Of a stretch of DNA of 64,000 nt, positions 18,709-26,869 are shown piece after piece. Made by a program: the position numbers and the translations under genes. Origin of the DNA: an uncultured Gemmatimonadales bacterium (GTDB lineage: Bacteria > Gemmatimonadota > Gemmatimonadetes > Gemmatimonadales > GWC2-71-9); contig CAWCLG010000006.1 of assembly GCA_963796335.1 (NCBI GenBank), positions 950,939 to 1,014,938 on the forward strand. Reading direction: 5' to 3'. Positions within the stretch are counted from its first letter, which is position 1. Each line of letters begins with the position of its first letter. The notes under the pieces were generated by a model, which ran no database searches, had not been told where the DNA came from, and saw only the letters and a list, made by a program, of their open reading frames with translations.

Positions 18709-21700
18709 ATGCGGTTTCTCGCTGACGGCACGTTTCGGTATTCCCCCCACGACCTGGTCGCCTTCCTCGACGGCGACTTCGCCGCCTGGTGCGAGCGAAT
18801 GCTCGCTGAGCGCGGGCGCGCCGGGGGCGCCGGCCCCAGCTCGCTCGGCTGGGCCACGCCCGACGAGGGTGACGAGGAGGTCGCCCTGGCCAAACGAAAG
18901 GGCGACGAGCACGAGCAGCGCTATCTCGCCGGCCTCCGCGAGAAGTACCCCAAGCTCCTCGCCCTCGAGCGCGACGACCCCGACGGCCTGGCCAGGACCC
19001 TCGCCGCCATGCAGGCCGGCGATCCCGTCATCTACCAGGGCCACCTGGTGGCCGACGGCTGGGGCGGCTTCCCCGACTTCCTCTTCCGCTGCGAGGGGAA
19101 CGACGGCTGTAAGGGCTGGCATTACACCCCGTGGGACACCAAGCTGGCTCGCAGCGCGAAGCCCGCCTTCCTGGTCCAGCTCTGCGCCTACGCCGACATG
19201 CTCGAGCTGCTGCACGGCCACCTGCCGGGCGAGCTGGTCTTCGTCTTCGGCGGCGGCGAGCAGCGCCCGTATCGCACCCACGACTACTTCCACTACTACC
19301 GCCGGCTCCGCCGTGCGTTCACCGCGTTTCAGAGCGGCTGGAGCGCGGACCGCGCTCCCGAGCCCGGGCTGGACGAGAGCTGGGGTCGCTGGGAGAGGAC
19401 CGCCGAGAAGCTGCTGGAGCAGTCCGATCACCTGAGCCTGGTCGCCAACATCACCCGCGGGCAGGTCGCTCGGCTGAACGAGGCCGGCATCGCCACGCTG
19501 GCCGACCTCGCCTGGTGCGAGCCCGGTAGGCGGGTGTCGAAGGTGTCGGACGAGGTGTTCGAGCGACTCCGCGCCCAGGCCGAGCTCCAGGTCGCCTCCC
19601 GCGATCTCACCGTGCCGCTGTGGCGACTTCGCGAGCTGAGCGCGGACGAGCCGCGCCGCGGGCTCGCCATGCTGCCCGAGCCGTCCGACGGCGACGTCTT
19701 CTTCGACATGGAAGGCTTTCCCTACGCCGAGGGCGGGCTGGAGTACCTCTTCGGCGCTGTGACCGTCGGCGACGACGTGGTCCCTGTGTTCCACGACTGG
19801 TGGGCGCACGATCCGGCTGGGGAGCGCGCGGCATTCGAGGGATTCATCGACTGGCTGGTCGAGCGGCGGCGTCACCATGCCGAGCTCCACGTCTATCACT
19901 ACGCCTCGTACGAGGAGTCGGCGGTCAAGCGCCTGGCCGCCAAGTACGCCACCCGCGAGCTGGAGGTGGATGACCTGCTGCGCGGCGAAGTGTTCGTGGA
20001 TCTCTACAACGTCGTCCGCCAGGGGTTCATCGTCGGTACCACGAGCTACTCGCTGAAGAAGATCGAGCGGCTCTACCAGCAGCAGCGTGAGGGCCAGGTC
20101 GTCACTGCCGGCGGCTCGGTGGTGGAGTACCAGAAGTGGATCGACAGTGGGGAGCCTCGTCGGTGGGTCGCGTCCCCCACGCTGAAGGGAATTCGCGACT
20201 ACAACGAGAAGGACTGCGAGTCGGTCTGGGGGCTCCGGAGCTGGCTGCTGGAGCGGCAGCGGGAGAACGGCATCGCCTACCTCTCGCCGGCGCCCGCTGT
20301 GAAGAGCCCAAGCGGCCCGCGGCGCCAGAGCGGGCGGAGGCCGAGGCGATCGCGGTCCGCCTCCGCGGACGGGCCACCCTCGACACCGGCGACGATGAGC
20401 GATCCCGCCTGGACGAGCTCCTCGGCTGCCTGGTCGAATACCACCGGCGAGAGGATCGACCCGAGTGGTGGGCCCTGTTCGAGCGGCACGACCGGATGAC
20501 GGTCGAGCAGCGGTTCGAGGACGCGGAGTGCCTCGCCGGATTGGTGCGGACCGCCACGCCGCCGGTGGCGATAAAGAAGTCGTGCGGGCTGGAGTACAGC
20601 TTCAATCCGCAGCAGGAGACCAAGCTCCACGCCGGTTCCAAGTGCCAGATCGCGGGCGACAAGAACGCGACCTACGAGATCACCCGGTTGGACGAGGATG
20701 CCGGCCTGGTGGAGATCAAAGTCGGGCCGAGCAAGTCGCCCGACGACCGGATCTGCCTGATCGGCTTCGACCGCTACGACGAGAAGGAGCAGAAGAAGGC
20801 GATTCTGCGATACGCGTCGGCGTGGGAGCGCGGCACCATCCTGTCGCCCGCGGTGGACGACCTGCTGCGCCGCCGGCCGCCCCGGATCCGAGGCCATGCG
20901 GGCGGGCCGCTGGTTCGTGAGGGAGAGGACACGGTCGAGCGCGCCCGCGAGCTGGTCACCCGGCTCGACGGAAGCACGCTCTGCCTCCAGGGGCCGCCGG
21001 GCACAGGGAAGACCTACACCGCGGCCGCGATGATCGTGGCGCTGCTCCGTGAGGGCGCCAAGATCGGCGTCAGCGCCCAGAGCCATAAGGTGATCGGGAA
21101 TGTGCTTAAGGCAGTCGTGGGGGAGATGAAGCGCACGGGCGTCTCCGGCAGCCTCTTCAGGAAGAGCGACGGCGAGGACGATGGGCTGGCGAAGGGTGTG
21201 GTCCGCGAGGTGGGGAACGACGACGTCCTCGCGGCGATCTCCGGTGGCTCGGCAGTCGTCGGCGGCACGTCGTATCTGTTCAGCCGCGAGGAGATGGCCG
21301 GCGCGTTCGACTACCTCTTCATCGACGAAGCCGGCCAGTTCTCCCTCGCCAACGCCGTCGCGGTCGGGCAGGCCGCCCGTAACCTGATCCTGGTGGGCGA
21401 CCAGATGCAGCTCGCGCAGGTGACCAAGGGGGCGCATCCGGGGGACACCGGTCTCTCCTGCCTGGAGTACTACCTCGACGGGAAGGCCACGGTGCCGCCG
21501 GAGCTGGGAATCTTCCTCGAGCGTACGCGACGGATGCACCCTGATGTCTGCAGCTTCATCTCCAAGGCGATCTACGAATCCAGGCTCAGTCCGATTCCGG
21601 AGACGGCGCGGCGCCGCGTGCTTCGCGGTCCTGACACGGTCTTGGTGCCGGCGGAGACCGGGATCGCCTGGGTTCCCGTGGACCACGACGGCCGCACCCA

Positions 21701-22151
21701 GTCGAGCGACGAGGAGTGCGAGCGGATCGTGGCCATCGTCGAGGAGCTGCGGCGGCGGCGGGTGGTGGATAAGGACGGCGTGGAGCGCGCCCTCACGCCC
21801 AATGACATCATCGTGGTGGCCCCGTTCAACCTCCAGGTGCGCTGTCTGCGGCAGCGCCTTGATTCCCGGATCAAGATCGGCTCGGTCGACAAGTTCCAGG
21901 GCCAGGAGGCGCCGGTGGCGATCGTCTCGCTATGCTCCTCCACCCTCGCGGACGCTCCCCGCGGCGCGACGTTCCTGCTGAGCCCCAACCGGCTCAACGT
22001 CGCGATATCACGGGCGCAGGCGCTGGCAATCGTGGTGGGGTGTCCGGAGCTGATGGATGTGCGGTGCCACTCGCTGGAGGAGATGCGGCTGGTGAACCTG
22101 CTCTGTCACCTGGTGGACTACGCTGAGGTAGCGGGTGCCCGGTCTGCGTAG
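18709..22151 (+). CDS. three-domain fusion of a PD-(D/E)xK RecB/Cas4-like nuclease (TM0106-type), an RNase-H-fold exonuclease and an SF1B (Upf1/Dna2-like) helicase; one frameshift near 20300-20315
   Basis: Nuclease motifs GFPDFLF, WDTKLA and VQLCAYADML. Exonuclease motifs DVFFDMEGFP, LHVYHYASYEESAVKRL and SYSLKKIERLY. Helicase motifs GPPGTGKT, FIDEAGQ, LVGDQMQL, RMHPDV, VDKFQGQEAP and LNVAISRAQ. This joins ORFs 18556..20499 and 20136..22151. Confidence 0.85.
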
Positions 22152-22153
22152 AA

Positions 22154-22182
22154 TTGATGACGCTGTCCGCCGAGCGTATAGT
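22154..22182 (+). promoter_or_regulatory. sigma70-like promoter of DUF1640-like gene copy 2 (TTGATG-N17-TATAGT)
   Basis: TTGATG at 22154-22159, a 17-nt spacer, then TATAGT at 22177-22182. It starts 3 bp after the helicase stop codon (22149-22151). Confidence 0.55.
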
Positions 22183-22216
22183 TATCGTATCACCGGTTCC
22201 TTCAGCGGAGTTCTGA

Positions 22217-22552
22217 GTGCCGGTGACCGCCAAGCTGTCCAAGCGCTTCTATGACGTCCTTGGCGAGGACGTCGCCAACGAGCTGGTCGACTGGTTCAAC
22301 GCCGTGGACCTGACCTACCGCACAGACCTACGCGAGCTGAACGAGCTCAACTTCGCGCGCTTCGACGCGAAGCTGGAGCAGCGTATCGCTGAGCTGCGTG
22401 CGGAGTTCCGCACTGAGCTACAGCAGCTCCGCCTCGATTTCCGCAGCGACCTTCAGCGAGTCCGTATCGAGCTGCTTCGCTGGATGTTCGGCTTCTGGGT
22501 CACCACTCTCATCGGTATCGCCGGCCTGCTGATCGCGTTGCGCGGCCAGTAA
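22217..22552 (+). CDS. tail-anchored coiled-coil membrane protein (DUF1640-like), copy 2
   Basis: GTG 22217 follows GGAG. It carries an extra 11-residue coiled-coil unit relative to copy 1 (EFRTELQQLRLDFRSDLQRVRIELLRW versus AVHADVQQVRIDLLRW). The C-terminal TM is identical. Confidence 0.75.
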   Translation: MPVTAKLSKRFYDVLGEDVANELVDWFNAVDLTYRTDLRELNELNFARFDAKLEQRIAELRAEFRTELQQLRLDFRSDLQRVRIELLRWMFGFWVTTLIGIAGLLIALRGQ

Positions 22553-22587
22553 ACTCCGCCCCTGCCTGACATCGGCCAACCCTCGAT

Positions 22588-22953
22588 CTACAGATCCACC
22601 AGCGTCTTGAACCCTCCGTACGACATGCGCTTCATGTCGAACTGCTTCACCGCCGGATCCGACATCATCTTCGTCATCCGGGGGTCCTTCATAACCTTCG
22701 CGTTGACCCGGTCCCGGTGCGCCCGCGACTTGTAGACGATCCAGGAGAACACCACGGTCTCGCCGGGCTTGGTCCGCACCCGGCGAGGAAACGTGATCCC
22801 CATTCCTTTGATGTTGAGATCGTCGCCCACGCACTCGCGATACTCCAGCGCGCCGTGCTTCTTCCACAGGTTGGCCGAGGTCCGCGCTATCCGTCGGTAG
22901 ATCGAGAGTTTGCGCCGGGGTATCGGCAGCAGGAAACCGTCAACGTACGCCAT
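22588..22953 (-). CDS. DUF1428-family protein
   Basis: MAYVDGFLLPIPRRKLSIYRRIARTSANLWKKHGALEYRECVGDDL...MSYGGF is typical of DUF1428. The ORF is intact. Confidence 0.8.
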   Translation of the reverse strand: MAYVDGFLLPIPRRKLSIYRRIARTSANLWKKHGALEYRECVGDDLNIKGMGITFPRRVRTKPGETVVFSWIVYKSRAHRDRVNAKVMKDPRMTKMMSDPAVKQFDMKRMSYGGFKTLVDL

Positions 22954-23085
22954 GATTCCGCTCCGTGAATGCGAGTGAAATGATCGCTGTCCGCCAGCCC
23001 CTTGGTAACGCGAGCCGGTACAGAGCTAACGGTAATAGCGACGCGCATTTTACTGGAGGTCAGCGGGGCGTGGTCGGCGGACGGT

Positions 23086-23149
23086 GTCATCCTGAGCGAA
23101 GCGAAGGAGACCATGTCGATCTCCGCTCCTTCGCTTCGCTCAGGATGAC
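23086..23149. repeat. REP-like palindromic element (24-bp arms, 16-nt loop)
   Basis: GTCATCCTGAGCGAAGCGAAGGAG (23086-23109) pairs with CTCCTTCGCTTCGCTCAGGATGAC (23126-23149), a perfect inverted repeat. It lies in an intergenic region between two minus-strand genes. Confidence 0.85.
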
Positions 23150-23176
23150 ATGCGCTTAGGATGATATTAGCGACGC

Positions 23177-24673
23177 TTACGGCGTCCGCTCGATCTGCAC
23201 GAACACCGTATAGTTCCCCGCGAGATCGTTGTTGTCGGTGTACTGCACCGGAATGATCGTGGCGCTGGCGGCCGGCCCCAGCGCGCGCTCGATCCTCTCC
23301 CGCGTGAGCACCAGCCCCAGCGGCGCGAGCGAGTTCCCATTCGGTTGGCTCACGAACATGAGCGACAGCGGGTTGATCCCGATCGGCCGGTCCATGCCCT
23401 GACCCGGATTCATGCCGGGCTGGAACGGAAAGCCGCTCTCGTCCCGGTAGCCGAGCCACACCGGAGTGATCGGTGCCAGCCCTTGGTTGGCGTAGGCCAC
23501 GTCTCGCAGAATCGCCCCGCCGTTCGGCGAGCTCCACCAGCTCACCCAGCCCGGCAGATTCCCGGTGTTGTTCCGGTCGCTTTCCCAGATCGTCGGGTTG
23601 ACCACCACCAGCTGGCCGCTGTCCTGCAAGGTCCCCTGCCACACCAGGAGTGGGAACCGGTCCGGATAGGCCGGCGCCCCCGGCTGCGGGACGGGCTGGA
23701 ACCCCGCCGGGATCGCGTCTCCCGACATGATGCCTCCCATCGGGCTTCCGGAGCCGGCCTGGATCCGGTAGGTCGCCTGGTTGACGTCGCCGTAGATCCG
23801 CGTCTGGACCTGGGCATACGCCAGCGGCTTGTCCCGCCGGTACGGCAGCGCCACCCAGTACGCGGCCGCGTAGATCTCGTCCCGCTTGCCGTCGAAGTCG
23901 AAGGGGTCGTCCCGCGTTTCGCGCTGCGATTTTATGCCGGTGAGCAGGACGCGATACCCGCCGCTCGTAGTCCGCACGGGGGCGATGGTGGTGGCCACGC
24001 CGCTGATCCCTGCCGCGTACCGCGTCGCGATGGAGAAGGTGTGATGGCCCGGGTTGAGGCCGGTGATCACCTGGCTCGTGCCATTCACGTCGAGCCCCTG
24101 CGCCGGCAGCGTCGGGCCGAACAGGCGGTAACCGATCGCCGCCGGGATCTGATTCCAGGTCAGCTTCGCGGCTCCGGCGCTCCAGTGCCCGCCGGCGAAG
24201 CCGCCCGGCGGCGCCGGCTGTGGCGGATCGGCATAGAGATAGTCGGCGCTGCCCCGGGTGTTGTCGGGATACATCGCGACCACCCGGTAGGTCGTGCTGG
24301 GCGCCACGAAGGTGCTGTCCATGTACGCCCGGTAGCTCAGCCGGTCCGCGACCAAGACTCCCCCGGGATTCTGCTGGTTGATCTTGTAGACCTGGTAGTA
24401 GGACACGCCGTGCACCCCGTCCCAGTTCCAGGTCAAATGGTGCAGACCGGGATTGAACGTCGTCATGGCGAGTTGGACGGGCGGCGGTCCGGGCGGCGGC
24501 AGGTTCACCGGGAAGTTTCTGGGGACTCCGGACTTGTTCAGCGGGGCGGGCCCATTCACGGTCTGGATGGTGGCGCCAGAGTCCCTCGCGATTCTCTGCG
24601 CGGCGGCGGGCGAGATCGCCATCGTGACCAGGGCGGCGGCCATCCAGGCCGCGTGTCGGGGCGTCGCGGGCAT
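23177..24673 (-). CDS. secreted protein with two FN3-like domains and a C-terminal domain of unknown function
   Basis: Signal peptide MPATPRHAAWMAAALVTMAISPAAAQ. FN3-like stretches LTWNWDGVHGVSYYQVY and LTWNQIPAAIGYRLF. The ORF is intact to its stop codon. Confidence 0.65.
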   Translation of the reverse strand: MPATPRHAAWMAAALVTMAISPAAAQRIARDSGATIQTVNGPAPLNKSGVPRNFPVNLPPPGPPPVQLAMTTFNPGLHHLTWNWDGVHGVSYYQVYKINQQNPGGVLVADRLSYRAYMDSTFVAPSTTYRVVAMYPDNTRGSADYLYADPPQPAPPGGFAGGHWSAGAAKLTWNQIPAAIGYRLFGPTLPAQGLDVNGTSQVITGLNPGHHTFSIATRYAAGISGVATTIAPVRTTSGGYRVLLTGIKSQRETRDDPFDFDGKRDEIYAAAYWVALPYRRDKPLAYAQVQTRIYGDVNQATYRIQAGSGSPMGGIMSGDAIPAGFQPVPQPGAPAYPDRFPLLVWQGTLQDSGQLVVVNPTIWESDRNNTGNLPGWVSWWSSPNGGAILRDVAYANQGLAPITPVWLGYRDESGFPFQPGMNPGQGMDRPIGINPLSLMFVSQPNGNSLAPLGLVLTRERIERALGPAASATIIPVQYTDNNDLAGNYTVFVQIERTP

Positions 24674-24796
24674 CGTTCGTCCTCCTGCGTGAGTCGGCGC
24701 GGTAGCTCCAAGACCTGGATCTACATTGCGCCGGACCCGCGAAAACCCCGTCAATCGTGGTGTCAAAGTGCTGATTCTGCGGTAGTTGCCCTCCTG

Positions 24797-25369
24797 TCAG
24801 CCGGCGACCAGCGTGGCCCCTCCCGCCAGGATCAACCCGATCGCCCAGAGCAAGTCGAGATTGATCCACGCCCGCCGCAACAGCCCCACGCCGAAGATCT
24901 CGAAGACCGCTAGCGCGACGAGCCCCAGGACCAGGAACATCGCCAGCGTGTGGATGCCGAGCAGGGCCAGGCCTCGACCGAAGCCGCCCGGCCCGGACGC
25001 CAGCGCGACCGGGGCCAGCATCAGCCCGGCTCCGTGCGCGGTGCTCATGAGGAAGGACCACAGGGTGAGATCGCGGAAGCCGACCCGCATGCCGACCCAG
25101 CGGGGATGGGCCCACGGCCGGGCCAGCCGAAAGAGGCCGAACCCGACCAGCACCGCCGCCGCCGCGGTGCGGAGAGCCCCGACGGGAATCGCGAGCCGCG
25201 CCGCGTCGAGCGTCAGGAGCACCGCGCCCACCGACAGCGCGTGGCCCAGCGCGAGAGGGACCAGCGCCGCGAACACCGCCCCGCGCCTTCCCTCCTGAAG
25301 TCCCAACCCGACCGCAAACAGCCACCCCATCGCGGGGTTGATCCCGTGAAAGGCACCCAGCGCCGCCAC
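24797..25369 (-). CDS. polytopic membrane protein, family not recognised
   Basis: Five to six hydrophobic spans (AMGWLFAVGLGL, AVFAALVPLALGHALSVGAVLL, AAAAVLVGFGLF, LTLWSFLMSTAHGAGLML, ALLGIHTLAMFLVLGLVALAVF, LLWAIGLILAGGATLVAG). The GTG start at 25369 is provisional. It lies 24 bp downstream of the SBP gene. Confidence 0.55.
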   Translation of the reverse strand: MAALGAFHGINPAMGWLFAVGLGLQEGRRGAVFAALVPLALGHALSVGAVLLTLDAARLAIPVGALRTAAAAVLVGFGLFRLARPWAHPRWVGMRVGFRDLTLWSFLMSTAHGAGLMLAPVALASGPGGFGRGLALLGIHTLAMFLVLGLVALAVFEIFGVGLLRRAWINLDLLWAIGLILAGGATLVAG

Positions 25370-25392
25370 GGTGATGCCCGGCCATCCCGGGC

Positions 25393-26790
25393 TCAGGGGA
25401 AGCAATACGAGTCCGAGGAGGCGTCGCCGCCCTGGAGGCGGACCTGGTGCGGCCGCTCGCCGGAGAACTCCAGGAAGAAGTTGGGATCGGGCGTGATGCC
25501 GCCGCCGGGCTTCACGTCGACCTTGGTCATCCAGCCCTTGATCCCCTCGGGATAGAACTGCTCGTCCCACGGGATGTAGAGCGAGTTGGTGAAATACACC
25601 CGGCGGCCGTCCCGGCTCACTTCCACCATCTGGGGTCCGCCGTTGAGCGGCCCCGACGCGGGGTGCGCCGCGCGGCGAACGATGCCGCCCAGATGCACGC
25701 TGCCGGTCTGCCGCGGCTGGGCGGGGTCGCTGACGTCGTACTGGCGCAGCTCGCCGGTGCCCCAACAGGCGGCGTAGAGGAACTTGTCGTCCACCGAGAG
25801 GTCGATGTCCGACAGCAGCGGCGGCACCGCCTTGAACGGCTTGAGCGCCGGGGGCAGCAGGTCGGGATCGGCCGGCTCGGCCGGAATCTCGATGACCTTG
25901 CGGATCCCCCACTTGCCGTTGTCGCGGCTCCACATCCAGATGGACGACGACAGGTCCTTCAGGCTGATGACCACTCCCACGAAGCCGTAGCTCTTCCGCG
26001 GGTCGTGCGCGGGGCGCAGCTCGAGCACCATCTGGTCGTCCTCACCGACGGAAAGCGCCTGGAGGTGCTTCCGCCGGCGCAGGTCCCACACGTGCATCTG
26101 CCGGCCGTACTTCTTGGCCATCAGCGCTTCGGGGACCAGGCCGTTCTCCACCAGGTCGGGCGTGCCCCATTCGCTGGTGAGCATGATGTCCTGCGTCAGG
26201 TGCCACCAGGCGTCGTACGCCAGGTACTGGGGGCCCCGGTCCTTCTCCCATGGGCCGATGATATCGAAGGTGGTGTGATCCATCAGGAACACGCCGCCCG
26301 GACCGCCGCCGTCGCGCGAGCCGAGTGCGGTCACGTAGATCCCCTCGGGGCCGCAATGAATGGTGTGGGGCCTGGTGTAGCCCGACTTGCGCGCCACTTC
26401 TTCGGGCTCGATCACCTTCACGATCTTCGGCTTGGCCGGATCCGGCTTGGTGTCGAGGATGTAGATCCGGGACGACCGGAGTCCCGGCACGATGAGGAAG
26501 CGCCGCTCCATGTGCGGGTGGGGGTTCGCGGGGCAGAGCGCGGAGCTGCAGGCATTCCAGCCGAAGTGGTGTAACTCATCGCCCGGGTGCAGCATGTCGA
26601 CCCGGCCGACCGTCTTGCCGAACGTTTTCGATCCCACCTCGACGTCCACCACGACCAAGGCGTCCGGCTTGGTCCGGGTGGGATCTATGGTGACGGCGTA
26701 CGCCAGCGTCTCCGGCGGTGCCTTGGCGGCCTGGCTAGGAGAGGCATAGAAGGTGGGATCGGGGAAGACGGTGGGAGGAGAGGCGACCAT
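25393..26790 (-). CDS. selenium-binding protein (SBP56) / methanethiol-oxidase family
   Basis: PDPTFYASPSQAAKAPPETLAYAV...HHFGWNACSSALCP...RRFLIVPGLRSSRIYILD...PHTIHCGPEGIY...LYFTNSLY. The family signature runs the full length. ATG 26790 follows GAGG; the track start at 26823 is an alternative. Confidence 0.9.
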   Translation of the reverse strand: MVASPPTVFPDPTFYASPSQAAKAPPETLAYAVTIDPTRTKPDALVVVDVEVGSKTFGKTVGRVDMLHPGDELHHFGWNACSSALCPANPHPHMERRFLIVPGLRSSRIYILDTKPDPAKPKIVKVIEPEEVARKSGYTRPHTIHCGPEGIYVTALGSRDGGGPGGVFLMDHTTFDIIGPWEKDRGPQYLAYDAWWHLTQDIMLTSEWGTPDLVENGLVPEALMAKKYGRQMHVWDLRRRKHLQALSVGEDDQMVLELRPAHDPRKSYGFVGVVISLKDLSSSIWMWSRDNGKWGIRKVIEIPAEPADPDLLPPALKPFKAVPPLLSDIDLSVDDKFLYAACWGTGELRQYDVSDPAQPRQTGSVHLGGIVRRAAHPASGPLNGGPQMVEVSRDGRRVYFTNSLYIPWDEQFYPEGIKGWMTKVDVKPGGGITPDPNFFLEFSGERPHQVRLQGGDASSDSYCFP

Positions 26791-26869
26791 GGGAACCTCG
26801 GTGTAAAGGGACGGATGTCCCATTGTCGAACTCGGGTATGGCTATGTCAAGGAAGCAGCGCCCGGCCGC

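Noticed and set aside
22965-23159. A 64-aa plus ORF (...HPERSEGDHVDLRSFASLRMTCA)
   Set aside because: It is encoded entirely by the REP-like palindrome and its flanks. This is a typical spurious peptide generated by this repeat family.
22887-25385. An 832-aa minus ORF; similar long ORFs at 33753..35387, 45800..47728, 61331..63082 and 40469..41356
   Set aside because: All have the same GC-artefact composition. Each overlaps a gene with clear family motifs in another frame or on the other strand (FN3 protein/membrane protein, radical SAM, galactose-oxidase-like, SARP-AAA-TPR and xth).
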